Positions 12,643 through 26,666 are shown, counted from the first letter of the stretch. The stretch is DNA of 64,000 bases from Octopus vulgaris (GCA_951406725.2 OX597829.1:14570001-14634000), one strand, 5' to 3'. Notes: a model not told the origin generated them from the sequence alone. Numbers and translations are program-made.

Positions 12643-13288
12643 GTTCGTTAATGGGACCCTGGTACGAGAATTAGAGGGTAATCAGGAGTGTGGACTCACC
12701 TCCTAGCCACGATTGTTCTGACCCGGGATAATTGCACCTGTTAAGGTCCCAGTTATGGGTTGATTAGGTTGTGAACAACAGGAAGTTCTCGCCAGAATTT
12801 CCTTGTACAAGAAAGTATTACTCGTGTAACTAAAAACCGAAAAGCGGTACGTCTCTGGTCGTCTCAGCATATGTTTTATAGCTGATTACACTGAAAATTG
12901 TACTCAGTGTTGTGTAAAACTTTATCCACTCAAAAGCAATTCACAGAAGAACTTTTTTAACTCACAGAACTTTTGCACGGATTTAGAGAGAGAGAGAGAA
13001 AGAGAGAGAAATAACGAGAACTATATAACGAACTTAGCTATTCAGGCTTAGGTCACCGAATGGGAAGGTGTCAAGATGGTTACTGGAGATTGGGTTGCTA
13101 TTGGTCAAGGCAGGCCACATGACGTTGTTCACATTAGTTTTCATGCAGTAGCAACATCAGATGAAGTTATAAATTCTTATATAATGAACCACGTTATTGG
13201 ACAAAGTGTTGACGGCATCTTGTTGTCTAGGCGATAAAGAGAGAACTAGCGAGATCAGTTACCAGTGCGCGCGTCTGTGTGAATATCT

Positions 13289-13506
13289 ATTTCTTTACTA
13301 CGCACAAGGGGCTAAACACAGAGTGGACAAACAAGGACAGACAAACGGATTAAGTCGATTACATCGACCCCAGTGCGTAACTGGTACTTAATTTATCGAC
13401 CCCGAAAGGATGAAAGGCAAAGTCGACCTCGGCGGAATTTGAACGTAGCGGCAGACGAAATACTGCAAAACATTTCTCCCGGCGTGCTAACGAGTCTGCC
13501 AGCTCA
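13289..13506 (-). mobile_element. SINE family B with 15-bp target-site duplication
   Basis: TCTGTGTGAATATCT at 13274-13288 and 13507-13521; homologous to 14236-14465. Confidence 0.9.
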
Positions 13507-14235
13507 TCTGTGTGAATATCTGTTACATGACTGCGTGAGTGTGCGTTTATGGTGGGCATCTATTATCTGCTGTATATGAGTGTTTTTGTGTGCTGGTGGC
13601 ATTGGCACGTAGAAAAACATGCACGTGTATGTTTGGTTATGTCTATCTGGTTGACGTATATCACTTATAAACATGCGCATGCGTGCCGTATACGTGTACG
13701 TTGTTATCTACTGTGTGTATGCATATGAGAGTACGTGTTAGTGCGTGTGTATGTATGTGAGACTACACGCTAGTGTGTGTGTGTGTGTGTATGAGCGCCT
13801 GTATTTATGCGTTAATATTTACTGCGTGTATGTGTGCATACGCATTTAGCATGCATGTACGAGTCTAAGTACATATTCTTTTCCACACGTCTAGTTCGCG
13901 AGTATATGCATATCTCTGTATTTATGTGTGTAGATATGTATGTGTGCGTGCGTGTATATTGAAAGGCGCATCTATGTTTTCATCTGGTGCGTGTGTGTAT
14001 GGACACATCTAATATTTATATGTGTGTGGGAACAGCTGATGTGTACTCTGGTATGGAACTAACGTGTATACTGATCTACTGGTGTGTTGTGGTGCTACAC
14101 AGGAGCAACAACTTTTGTTCATTGATCAAGAAGCATTTTCCTAAAGACCGTAAGTACTATAAGCTACTCAGGGGTACTGAACCCAAGGCCATGTGGTTGT
14201 CGGGTGAGCATCTTAACCATATGCTCAAGCTTGAA

Positions 14236-14465
14236 GGCGGCGAGCTGGTAGAACCATTAGCACGCCGGGCGAAATGCGTAGCCGTATTTCGTCTGCCGTT
14301 ACATTCTGAGTTCAAATTCCGCCGAGGTCGACTTTGCCTTTCATCCTTTCGGAGTCGATAAATTAAGTACCAGTTACGCACTGGGGTCGATATAATCGAC
14401 TTAATCCGTTTGTCTGTCCTTGTTTGTCCTCTCTATGTTTAGCCCCTTGTGGGCAATAAAGAAAT
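14236..14465 (+). mobile_element. SINE family B (tRNA-like head; central GCCTTTCATCCTTTCGG..TCGATAAATTAAGTACCAG domain)
   Basis: GAGTTCAAATTCC B box; five copies in the window. Confidence 0.9.
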
Positions 14466-15104
14466 ACATATGCCCATGCTTTAACTTAGGTTGTGTGTGT
14501 AAGTGTGTGTGTGTGTGTGTGTGTGTGTGTCTGTTCTTGTCCTGATATTTCATGATTATTGTAACTGAATATTATTCATATTCAGGTATTCTGCTTGAAA
14601 CATATTTAGCCATGGTGCAATATTAAACTTGCATGCTAACAGGTGAAATTTGGCGATTAGAAGCTTAATGAGCCGTAGAAAATAAAAACCTCCATAAACT
14701 CCCTCCGACGCATGCGCGAATAGGGAAGCGGATATTAAAGCGATGATGATGGCACACAGGCACACATACTTTCTTCATCCTAAATGCACTAACATTCCGC
14801 ATTTTGATAATAGTGATGTTATCCTACCTGCTTCTATCTATATGACCAATTATAGTGTAGACCACAAGTAGACCTGGCAATTGTAGAGTATTAAAAATTT
14901 ATCCACAGAAGAAAATTTCTTGCTTTCTGATACTGTGTATAAATGTGCACTTATAAACCTACACCCGCTCCATGGTAAAAATCTATGTTGACACTGGAGG
15001 TACACTTGCCTTTAAACTACGTCTATTTGCACACCTGAGATCCTCTCTCAAATAGGACTATGGGACTGTTTTTTCTCCCTTGCCAGCCTTATATATCACC
15101 TAAA

Positions 15105-15419
15105 ATCACCGTAATCACCGTGACCGACCAGGCTATCAGATGTTACTACACACGCTGGTCACAATGCGTTTCGCAATGCTTTAGCCTTCAAATGACGCCA
15201 CCCCGCTGGCTAAGCGAGCAGGCCAACAGAAGAAAGAGTGAGAGAAAGTTGTAGCGAATGAAGAGTACAGCAGGGATCGCCCCCCCCCCCGCTGCCGGAG
15301 CCTCGTGGAGCTTTGGGTGTTTTCGCTCAATAAACACTCACAACGCCCGGTTTGGGAATCGAAGCCGCGATCCTACGACCGCGAGTCCGCTTCCCCAACC
15401 ACTGGGCCATTGCGCCTCC
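15105..15419 (-). mobile_element. SINE family C with 13-bp TSD
   Basis: tRNA-like head GGAGGCGCAATGGCCCAGTGG...TTCGATTCCC on the minus strand; TATATCACCTAAA at 15092-15104 and 15420-15432; second copy at 47957-48270. Confidence 0.9.
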
Positions 15420-15618
15420 TATATCACCTAAATACCGAGGGTATACCCGAATATGTCTTGGTGCATACTTTGTGGCGCAATCCTCAACACTGCTGAGTGT
15501 CACGTTTGTAAATTTTACTACCAAGAACAGATCACTGTATTGCGCCGCAATAAGACTTCTTTATCAAATCAATTCTCTGACGTAAGCTTTGCCTCTCGTC
15601 ATGAATATTACAAAACTC

Positions 15619-16043
15619 GGATCTTTTCTGTTTGAACGGCAGTTTTTAATAGCGGTGTCATATGAAATTGTCACCCATAATTATGACCCTAGTAGCGATC
15701 TATTGCATTTCAATCTGTTTTAGGGTTAGGGTTAGTTAGGGTTAGGGGTGGGGGGAAGGGTATCTTTTTTTCTTCACAGATGTAAATAAACCCAATCTGT
15801 TTCTTAAACGAAAGACATATTCATACGGCACAGCATGTTTTTTAACTCAATAGACGTCATTGATTGGTTGAAATTGCAGAAAGTGAAGAAAAAACAACAA
15901 ATATCTTACAAACTATAGAATTTTCTCAATAAAGCCAAGAGAAAAAGATGTTTTATAAACACATTCTACCAGTATACGAATTAAAAAATTTTTTAGTTAC
16001 CTAGAAATTATGTTAAAAACTGCCGTTCAAACCGAAAAGATCC
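15619..16043. mobile_element. TTAGGG-containing MITE, copy 2, with imperfect 8-bp TSD
   Basis: Same TIRs as 3478-3910; flanks CAAAACTC / CCAAACTC. Confidence 0.9.
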
Positions 16044-16499
16044 CCAAACTCTATCTCATTACATTAAGTCTTTATTAAGTTAGACTGCATTATTGTCTCT
16101 GATTCTCATTTACTAACTGTAATTTCTCTTATAACTTCACCCTTTTTTCACTTTTCCTCTACTCCATTGATTTGTTTCAGTTTCATTCTTAACCTGCTAC
16201 ACCGAGGCTGGCAGTTAGTACTATCACTTCACCACTGTTTTTTTCTCTGAAAACACTATTTCTCTAAGGCTAGCAACAAACTTTATCCAATCTCTGAATT
16301 TCGTTATCCTGCGCCTCCTCTTTAACCACTTCACCTTTCTGACCATTTCTTCTGCTCCTTCAGACTCATTTCTCGCTAACCCACTCTATCCTGCTGAAAT
16401 TTTTCTGCTTTTAAACACTGCTATGAAATATACATTCGTCCATTTTTCTACCAAGGTGGGTCAAATATCTTGGCTTGGAAAAAATTTATTGGTATTTTA

Positions 16500-16538
<39 letters not shown>

Positions 16539-18179
16539 TCTCTCTCTCTCACACACCTAAGATATCTTGCATATATATTACGTATGAATGTGTTTATAGT
16601 ATATACTATGATGCTCTCGAAACAGCTACCGGGATAAGACTTCACATAATTCCTTTTGTTTAATTTATTCTTTGATCTGTATTTTTTATTCCATGTAAAT
16701 ACATGCTTTAAGCCCCCTTTGTTTAACTGCCTTCATACTTCTCTCTCTTTGTATATATATATATATATCATACTAGTGTATGACATAGGCATTATTCAGT
16801 TTATATTCTATATATTCCTCTCGAGCGATTTAGCAGCAGTACATCCACATATGTTATAAATACATGTATAAAATTTCTATTAAATATCATTTGCACAGGA
16901 TGTTGCTTACAAGTTTGCTATCTCAATATAAATTATAGATTATATAATATAAATTATAGCATAATCGATAAGAGATTTATTATCGATTAATCTGTAATCG
17001 ATACCAGATCTAATGATGGCTGTATACCTAATAAAACGGAAAGAAATGTTATATATCTCGACTGGATAACATTTATATTAATGTCCATAATAACAGATTT
17101 TGAGTACGACTGATATACATACATACATGCATAAATACATACATACATGCATACATACATATGACAAAGAGGTGATAAGCGTTTTGTTTTCTTCCTGTTT
17201 GTATGTATTTTAAAACTCTCTTTCTATTTGATGCTGCTTCATAAATATTACATCACGCCTAGGATTAAAGTTATATATAGGGGTATATATACGCACACAC
17301 ACATATTTCTTCTTTAATATAATTTAAAATACTGCATCCAGTAATGGGCCCTAATATGAATGTTCCGAGTTTTGAGGAGTGTGAACCCACCTTATAGCCA
17401 TTAGTTCTCAAACGTACTCTGATCTGGAAAAGTAGCTCGTGTCAGAGACTTGACTAGGTGTTATTTAGCATGTTATCGAAGAAATTCCAAGTACAATTTG
17501 TGAATACCTTGGGAAAGGAAAATGTTAGGGGAGTCAACTTCGACTGCAGATCAAGGAGTGGCATCCTTCAGGCGTTGCGGTGTCTTCTTTGACAACTTTC
17601 CGTTAACTCTGTGATAGGTCTTCAGCCCTGTTGGGCAATTTACCTATTGTTTGCTTATTACCGCAGCGGTCTAAGTTATTGAGATCTGACCTCCAAGCCT
17701 AAAGAATGGAACCGAATTGTACGAACTGACTCTACCTTTAAAGCTAATTAGTGCAAACAGGAACAAAAGTCCTGCAGCATCAAATATCAGTTTACATAGC
17801 CATTTGACGGTGTGCTGTTCTTCCTCATGATCTACGGATACGAAGAATCTTCCATCATAAATTTGGGGGAATTTGAGTAGAGTTTCTAGTGTCTTTTGTC
17901 TTTTATTTGCGATTGGTGACAGGCATTTGACTGAGGCACCGCCCTGCTGAGTTTAGTAGACTAAATCGGGCTCGGTTGCATACCGGAACAGCGGTATATT
18001 AAACGGTAATGCCATCCACCGTTGCAGACAATCACTTTGTCAGCTGATATAGTCGCTGCTTCTATGGCACGTGTCGTCAACGAGAGATGCTAACTCTGAA
18101 CGCTAAGTATAATTTGAGGCCATCTAAACAACACATCCTATTAAAGTTGGATTACATAGGGTAACAGAAAATTTCTTGT

Positions 18180-19140
18180 CTCACCAAAAAATTTGGATCT
18201 AAATCAGGGTTTTCTTCACACAAATACTCTGAAGCTTACATCCATTCATTACCATTACATTAGGTTGTTAAGACACTGGATCCATAGAATTGCATTTAAA
18301 AAATATAATAAAACAGCTTATGGGAAACAAGGCATAACATACATTCTTCAAAACCAGAATATTTTCATAAAATTCTACTGAAAACTAGTAAAAACTCTAA
18401 AATTTCTATAGAGAAATTACATCATTACATATGCCTAATTTCCCGTGAAATAGCATTTGGATGAATTTCTTGAATGTTGAACCTCATGAAGATTATTAGT
18501 CAAGTTCCAGTAACCGTCTGCCATCGTATGCAAGTCTCAACTGCTTTGGAACCTTTGTTCCATTGATTTTATGTCCTGTTGGAAACTTTCTCTCTGCTTG
18601 TCATTTGAGTAACCAAGATTTTCAGGGAATTTATCAAGGTGACTGATCATATGTGTTTCCAAATTTAGAAAGTTCTCCATCAGAATGTCAACCATTTCGG
18701 CATAGTTGGCTGCTTCTTGTTGCCCAGAATGCCATTTACAACTATTACAAATGAATTCCATGCTGCTGCTTCAATGGAATTTATGGAATTTACAAATTTC
18801 CCATCTTTCATCAATTTCCTGATCTGAAGCCTATAAAATACTCCAGTTTTTATATTTTAACTACATAGAGATCAGGAAATAAGCTGCAGATATAGTGAAA
18901 ACATGGTCAGTCTTTATTAAGTGCTTTAACTAACTGCTTCATAGCGCCAAGTTTGACATGGAGTGGAGGTAGGATGATTTCCGCTTCAGCTAAAGGCTCT
19001 TCAATTACATTGAAAGACCACGGGATTAGTGTTCGCTGCAGCCATTCTTTGATCACCGAAATATTTCTCCTGGCTCTTCTATTCTACATACATAAAAAGT
19101 ATGGATATTTTGTGTATCTACTTTGTTGCCCGAATTAGGA
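18180..19140 (-). pseudogene. Degraded DNA-transposon transposase (LPPLHxKLG / SDExGERFHQDI family)
   Basis: Minus-strand IILPPLHVKLGAMKQLVKALNKD, QIRKLMKDG, SHLDKFPENLGYSNDKQRESFQQDIKSMEQRFQ with multiple stops/frameshifts; superfamily not confidently assigned. Confidence 0.7.
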
Positions 19141-19174
19141 AGGCGTTCCATATTTCTTTTGTAAAGACGAAGGC

Positions 19175-19510
19175 TTGGCTGTGTGCTAACAAGCTTGCTT
19201 CAGAACGACATGGTTTCAGGTTCAGTCCCACATTGGGCAAGTGTCTTCTTCTATAGCCTCAGAAGGACCAAAGTCTTATGGGTGGATTTGGTAAAACGGA
19301 AACTAAATGAAGCTCGCATACATCTTATGTGTGTATGTGTGTTTGTCCCCACCACTTCTTGAAAATCGGTGTCGGTGTGTTTAGATTCCCATAACTTAGT
19401 GGTTCTGAAAAAAATACCGATAGAATAAGTACAATGCTGAAAAAAATAAGTGCTAGGGCCGATTCATTCGATTAAGAAAATTCTTTAAGGCGATGCTTCA
19501 GTATGGCGTC
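19175..19510 (+). mobile_element. SINE family A, diverged copy
   Basis: TGGCTGTGTG...GGTTCAGTCCC...TTGGGCAAGTGTCTTC. Confidence 0.75.
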
Positions 19511-19731
19511 TTGAATTTAAAAAAGAATTTTTACATTTTAACACAAATTTTAAAATTTTAACAACTTTTGAAGTTCAAATTTTAATAAAATTATTTATTA
19601 TCAATTTTAAATGTTAAAGGAAATTCGAAATTTTAATTTATATTTCTTTTTTATATTTACTTCTTTAATTTTTAAAATTTAGATCTTTTAATTTCTAGTT
19701 ATAGATTTTTTAACTCTTTAATTTTTAATTG

Positions 19732-20137
19732 TTTACTCTTTTTACTCTTTTACTAGTTTCAGTCATTTGACTGCGGCCATGCTGAAGCACCGCCTTTAGT
19801 CGAGCAAATCGACCCCGGGACTTATTCTTTGTAAGCCCAGTACTTATCATATCGGTCTCTTTTGCCGAACCGCTAATTGACGGGGACGTAAACACACCAG
19901 CATTGGTTGTCAAGCAATGCTAGGGGGACAAACACAAACACACACTCACACACACACACACACACACACATATATACATATATACGACGGGCTTCTTTCA
20001 GTTTCCGTCTACTAAATCCACTCACAAGGCATTGGTTGGCCCGGGGCTATAGCAGAAGACACTTGCCCAAGATGCCACGCAGTGGGACTGAACCCGGAAC
20101 CATGTGGTTGGTTAGCAAGCTACTTACCACACAGCCA
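19732..20137 (-). mobile_element. SINE family A, near-complete copy in AT-rich low-complexity DNA
   Basis: Reverse complement of the 11428-11823 consensus. Confidence 0.9.
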
Positions 20138-20648
20138 TTTAATTTATAAGATTCTTCAATTTTAAAAATTAAAAAACTTTTCTAAATTTTAATCTTTCAA
20201 TTTATAAATTTTAATTCGTAAATTACCCTAAAAATTTCAATTTTTATTTTTCAATTCAATTTTATTCCCATTTTTATTTTTCATTTATATTTTTATATTT
20301 TTTATATTTTATATTTTTTCTATTCTAAATTTTAATTTTAATTTTCGTTTTAATTACTATTCATTTGTAATTTTGGATTTTTAAAACACCCTATTACTTT
20401 TGATTAAAATATTTAAAATTTTTAATTTCAATATTAACTTTTCATATTTAATAATTTTGAAGCCATTAACATTTAAGGTCTCTCCAAAAGATTTATATAT
20501 TTTTAATATTTAACATTTAGGCTTTAGATTCCAACGCTTAAAATGCTAATGTAAACTGTATACTCATAGTTTCATGTTTTATTCCAAAGAAGTTGTGCGA
20601 TCATCTATATATATATATATATATAGATAGATATATATGCTATTGTGG

Positions 20649-20729
<81 letters not shown>

Positions 20730-20872
20730 TATGCTATTGTGGTTATAAATATGTATATATATATATATTTCATTGGTGTTCGTATATATATCATTATTGT
20801 ATATATATATATATGTATACTATAATGAGATATTTATACATATATATATACAACAATGATGTATTTATATTT

Positions 20873-20942
<70 letters not shown>

Positions 20943-20944
<2 letters not shown>

Positions 20945-21585
20945 AGGTGACGGATACCATATTAGAATGAAGGATAGCAGGTTCTTTAAGCAGATGCTAT
21001 ATGGGGAACTTTTGATTAGAAAGGTACCCCGGCAGAAACCAAGGTTGCGATTTAAGGACTGTATCAGCCCACCCCCCATTAAAGGCCCATGGTATGCAGG
21101 AGATTGACTGGGAGAGCACTGCCTGTCATCGGCACAGATGGAGGAAGCAGGTTATGGGTGGGGTCGACACTCTTGAGAGAGCACGTATTCTCCATGGGAA
21201 CTTAAGAGCGCTGATAGTGTAGCGAATGGGGAAAGCTTGGTTTGAGAGTCAAAACTATGGTAAAGGCTGCAAGAAGCAACGAAAATTTTAGGACAATAAA
21301 AATGAGGAAAAAAATGTGGAAATTTTACCGGTGAGTGTGTTACATAATATGGCACAAAAAAATGACTCTCCCCAGGCACAACAGAATATGCTTCAACACA
21401 CGAACTCATATAAAGAATTTTGCAAACCAAATCCAAAAACGAAATTGGTTTGCAATATTTGCCGTTGCGTATGCTTGTCAAGTGCAGGTTTTATTAGCCA
21501 TCAATGGAACCGTAAATGCAAAACATAAGTTAGTCCTAGATTGCACAATGTTCCTGAAGATTAGCCAAGGTCTTCCTCAGTCATG
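20943..21585 (+). mobile_element. RTE-BovB-like LINE 3' fragment
   Basis: IRMKDSRFFKQMLYGEL...RQKPRLRFKDCI and a terminal zinc-finger-like CNICRCVCLSSAGFISHQ. Confidence 0.7.
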
Positions 21586-21596
21586 AGTGGATAGCC

Positions 21597-21731
21597 ATCA
21601 TATATATACTACAATGATATATATATTGTTGTGTATATATATCATCGTTGCATATATATATATAATGTATATGCATATACATATATGTATATATATATAT
21701 ACAACAATGATATATATACATATATATATAC

Positions 21732-21771
<40 letters not shown>

Positions 21772-21836
21772 GTGTATATATATGTATATATATCATTGTT
21801 GTATATATATATATATATATGCATATATCATTGTTG

Positions 21837-21871
<35 letters not shown>

Positions 21872-21972
21872 CATTATTGTATATATATATACATATATAT
21901 ATTTATATATATATGTCATTGTTGTATATATATATATATAATTGTATATATATGTATTTATATATATCGTTG

Positions 21973-22039
<67 letters not shown>

Positions 22040-22095
22040 CGTTGTATATATATACACACATATATATATATACATCATTGTTGTATATATACATA
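21597..22095. repeat. Compound TA microsatellite/minisatellite with recurring CATTGTTG motif
   Basis: Repeated (TA)n-TCATTGTTG-(TA)n units; similar tract at ~20605-20940. Confidence 0.85.
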
Positions 22096-22144
22096 GACAC
22101 ATATTATTGTGGTTTATATACATATGAGTGTACGTGTGTGAGGC

Positions 22145-22429
22145 TATTAAAGGCACCGTTTTATTCATTCCTCTATAATTGTTTAAAAAGTCCCCTTTGG
22201 TCATGAATGACCATGGGTTTGCACCTAGAATGTTCCCTTCCGAGGCACAAGTCCGAGTAAGGTTATCTGTATAAAGCTAACAGTCACCCATGCACACCAT
22301 CCTCTCCTCTCCACGCCATCGAAAGGCAAAGTCTAATGCAGCTAGGTACTCTTGACGTAGCAACTCATTTCTATTCCTGAGTGACCTGGAGCAACATGAA
22401 ATAAAGTGTCTTGCTCAAGAGCATAACAC

Positions 22430-22430
<1 letters not shown>
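22145..22430 (-). mobile_element. Body of a fourth SINE family (CTTGAGCAAGACACTTTATTTCA motif)
   Basis: Minus strand GTTATGCTCTTGAGCAAGACACTTTATTTCATGTTGCTCCAG; probable head at 24233-24302. Confidence 0.55.
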
Positions 22431-22462
<32 letters not shown>

Positions 22463-22492
22463 TGTATGTATGTATCTATGTATGTATGTATG

Positions 22493-22568
<76 letters not shown>

Positions 22569-22569
<1 letters not shown>

Positions 22570-24206
22570 GCCACAAGCACATCGAGCTGGTCCGCGAGAC
22601 ACTGAAAGACTACGAAGCAGTGACAGGAGCGAAAATCAACCGGGAAAAGGCAGTGGACTTGCGGCTCGGCGGCTGGAGAAGCAAGCCCATGCCGTCCACC
22701 AGCGCCTCCGTCGTGGGACGCTGGACGGATGGCCCGGTTGAGTTGCTCGGGGTCTGGTTTGGTCCGGACCTCCAAATGGAGAAGAACTGGAACGAGATAA
22801 CGAGTAGGGTTGTCACTCTCGCCCGGCAATGAGCCGAGAGGAAACTGTCCCTAAAAGGTCGGGCGGAGGTGGCGAACACGTACATCTCGTCCGTCATCTA
22901 CTACCGCCTGACCGTCGTACCTTGTCCCGACCCCACCATCACCAAACTAGAACGCATTCTCTTCCGCTTCTTGTGGAAAGGATGCGTCCCGATTGTCAGG
23001 CGATCCATTTGCTGTCAACACTCCTTAAAAGGAGGACTGGGTAGACGACGGTGAACAGTTGTGGTCGCCGTTTGTGAGGCACGCTTCCTGCAACTCGTCT
23101 CCATGACCGAACTGCAGTCGTGGATCAAAAAGAGGCCGAGGAAGGGCGAGTGGTACCGCGAGTGTCGCTTTGCTCTCAAGCAACTATGCCGTCCCGGGTC
23201 GACTTTGAGTGACTTCAGCGCAACCAAAGCATTCTATAGGGGATGAGTGGAGGGGAGGTACGACGACGAGCTCGGGGTGAACCTGGACATCGACGAGGAA
23301 TACCTGACCCGCCTGTTCAGGACGACTTTCGGGCCAGGGCCCATGGACAACTTCCGGAAATCCCTGGCCTGGCATTGCTACCGAGATAAGCTCTACAGCT
23401 TCGGGATAAGCTCTACAGACACGGCTCGAGAAACACGGGGCCGACCTGCCCGAGATGCGGTCAGAGCGACGAAACCATTCTGCACGCAATCGTGCAGTGT
23501 CCAACAATCTCCGACCTGTGGGCTTGTGTCGAACGACAGCTGTCACGTGTGGGACGAGTCGGTTTATCAGTTGAGTCTATCGTCAATATTGTCACGCCTC
23601 CTTCCTTCAAACGGGAAGGAAGAGCTATTTTCATCATACTTGTGGCTATGGCGAAAGAATGTATCTGGTGGACGCGTCTGAAAGGATTGGAGACAAACAC
23701 TTTCCTCTCTGGTCAATCTCTCATCAACTTCTTCAAGTATCACTTGAAAAGGAAAGTGACAGTAGAGAGGCAAGTTTTGTCTAGCGAATCTTTCAAAAAA
23801 GATGGGTGAATGTAGCAATGATGGCACATATGAATGACGAAGCCACCTTGAGTATGATTCTATGAACCCGAAAAAATTTAAAACAGAGGGTTACTTACTT
23901 GGAAATAAATGTGTTAACATGTGACATTATTGACCGAGGTTACCGTGATCTTTTCCGTAGGCTTCTCTTCCCACGGATAAACCTCACCTGTTTCCCCCTT
24001 TACACTTTATATCATGACATTACTGTGATACACGATCCCTGTTGATCGATATTTTTTTTTGCTTTCCTCTTTCCCTTTTCTTTTTCTTTACTTTTTACGA
24101 TCCCTTTTGATCGAAAACCTACCCCGCTTTTTTATCCCCCAAAAGAAAAGCTCTACCTTGTAATTTGTCCCGTCTGTGTGCAGCCCTGTGTGGCTAATAA
24201 AGAAAC
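22569..24206 (+). mobile_element. 5'-truncated Tx1/L1-like LINE (post-RT region, zinc-binding motif, 3' UTR)
   Basis: YEAVTGAKINREK, LLGVWFGPDLQMEKNW, KLSLKGRAEVAN, FRFLWKG...GGLG, CPRCGQSDETILHAIVQCP; several stops; GC-rich; AATAAA just before (TA)n. Confidence 0.85.
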
Positions 24207-24232
24207 ATATATATATATATATATATATATTT

Positions 24233-24302
24233 CCCCAGTCCGGGAATCGAGCGCACTATCTCATGGTTGTGAGCCTGATGCTCTAACCGTTGAGCCACGT
24301 GC
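24233..24302 (-). mobile_element. tRNA-derived SINE head
   Basis: GCACGTGGCTCAACGGTTAGAGC...CTCGATTCCCGG: A and B box-like motifs without a complete cloverleaf. Confidence 0.6.
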
Positions 24303-24491
24303 TTTCAGTCGCACAAATTAAAATAAGAAATTCTTTAATTATTTAAAACTTCACATAATAATAAGGGTTGTTTTAGGATGTTGAACGAAACACACGTTTC
24401 CAAACGTGAATTATCCAAAGCTCGAAAAATTCCTTTCAACACACGGTTATGATGCTCTCCCACTATTTCTGCTTGTGATCAGAGATGCACT

Positions 24492-24517
24492 TTATTATTA
24501 TTATTATTATTATTATT

Positions 24518-24616
<99 letters not shown>

Positions 24617-24691
24617 ATCATCATCATCAGCATTATTATTATTATTATTATTATTATTATCATCATCATCATCGTCATTATTATTATTATT

Positions 24692-24772
<81 letters not shown>
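24492..24772. repeat. Alternating (TAT)n/(CAT)n microsatellite
   Basis: Directly visible. Confidence 0.95.
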
Positions 24773-25600
24773 GTGCGTATCAGAGTGGCACAAATATTAA
24801 GCTCGCAGAACAGTAATTAATTTCGCTGATTGATGACTGAATTCAAAACTTGCCAAGCAACTTCGGCATTACCTATTATCACCTCTTAAGCGTTCCGAAA
24901 TGTCAGACAACTGGCCGCTACACGCACTCATACGTCTCACAAGTGTTCCTTGCTGAAGGTCAGGGGCCTTGTAACATTTCACTAGCACAAATCCTCATTC
25001 CCGAGAGATTTAGTTACACGTAATCAAGCAATATGTATGGCATATTAACAGAAACTAATCTAGCCGCTGACATGGCAGACGCTGAGATACACATGCCGAA
25101 GTTTATCAATTTTGAACTGATAGGAGAGAAAAAAAAACTCACAGTGGAATTGCGATTTACATCCGGGAAGATGTCACGCCTGTAGTTTTGCTGTCACACT
25201 CAAACTCAATTTGTGATGCACACACACTTAGTATACATTAAACTGATCAAAATTGCATGCGCAGTATATCAATCACCAGATACTCCTAATCATAGGAGCC
25301 CTTTCGAAGAGTATCTCAAAAGTTGTAGGAGATATTAACCAACCTAGGGTTAGGGAATACGATTTAAAAGAGTAGCTTGACTTCTATTATACAAGATCCC
25401 AAATAAACCTGTATAACGACAAACTCAAACGAAGGCAACATTAAAAACTTCCCTTTTTTTCAGTGAACTAACCACAAGAGAATAGTCATGGAGGGGCCTT
25501 AGCATGGCCTCAGCCTTTGTACTGAAAATCATAAAAGATTAAAAGAATGTACATGTAGATATATACATTCGTGTACACACATAGACACATACAAACATGC

Positions 25601-25722
<122 letters not shown>

Positions 25723-26605
25723 TATAGAGTGTTAGGTGTGATGTACAGAATTGAATATTGAGAAAAAAGTTGTCAGAATTTTGGAAAAAAATCCTTTTAT
25801 TTCTTCATTATTATTAGCACTTCCGTTCCTCTCTAGAACTTGTCAAATACAATTTCGTGAATGTACAAACAGCTCGTTCATTTATATAACACAGTTGTTT
25901 TTTTTAGTTTTGTTTACCAGAGAGCAGTGTTTTTGTTTATTTTTTTTGGGGGGGTGAGGTTCCAAGACAATAGAGATGGATAGATAGAAATATAGATTGG
26001 CTGATAGAGATAGATGGATAGATAGAAATATAGATTGGCTGATAGAGATAGATGGATTGATATATAGTCAGACAGATAGCAGATTGGTAGAGGGAAAGAG
26101 AGGGAGAAGGGGTATCCATCTTCCTATTCACATTTCATTCATTTATTTAATTATTTTTTCCTTTACCAATGTATTGGAATGGGTTTAAGGATGGTGATCT
26201 CTTTAAAAAAAAACAGGTGTGGTTTGATCAGCACTGAAAGTTTTTTTGCTCTCTTTCTATCTCTCTTCTTTTGTTTTTCTTTTTTACCTCCTTTTCTTCT
26301 TTCCTTTTTCCTTCCTTTTTGATCCTTTCTTTTTCTCCTTTCTGAGTTATATTTAGAATATACGGCTTCCAAACATTCATTTTTGGAGGGAATTTTTTGA
26401 TAAAGTGTAGTTCTGCATGAAAATACATTAGTATAATATTTGTAAAATAACATTTTGAAAAACCAATCAGTAAATAAAATAAAACGACGAAGATAGGTGG
26501 TGTACAAAACAAACAGATGTATTAGTATAACGCTCAGGAACAGAAAAAGTCTTTTACGTTTCGAGCCTACGCTCTTCTACAGAAAGGGACACAGAAAAAA
26601 ACAAG

Positions 26606-26666
<61 letters not shown>

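Larger units (their letters stand above)
14800..16440 (+). mobile_element. Old degraded Penelope-like element (GIY-YIG region and 3' flank) interrupted by a SINE and a MITE
   Basis: Remnants TVYKCAL...GKIYV...FKLRLFAH and ECHVCKFYYQEQITV...SNQFSDVSFASRHE resemble PLE VYK / YIG / CxLC / LNxRSExxxxCRH motifs. Confidence 0.5.

Noticed and set aside
15340-15419. tRNA-like sequence (also 24233-24302, 48195-48270 and SINE A/B heads)
   Set aside because: Continues into a repeated SINE body with TSDs and lacks a complete acceptor stem; SINE head, not a tRNA gene
21597-22095. Regularly recurring CATTGTTG motif resembling a CRISPR array
   Set aside because: Spacers are (TA)n, the repeat is too short, the DNA is eukaryotic and no cas genes are present
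24406-24820. Poly-His/Tyr, poly-Asn/Asp and poly-Ile/Met ORFs
   Set aside because: Trinucleotide microsatellite open in several frames on both strands
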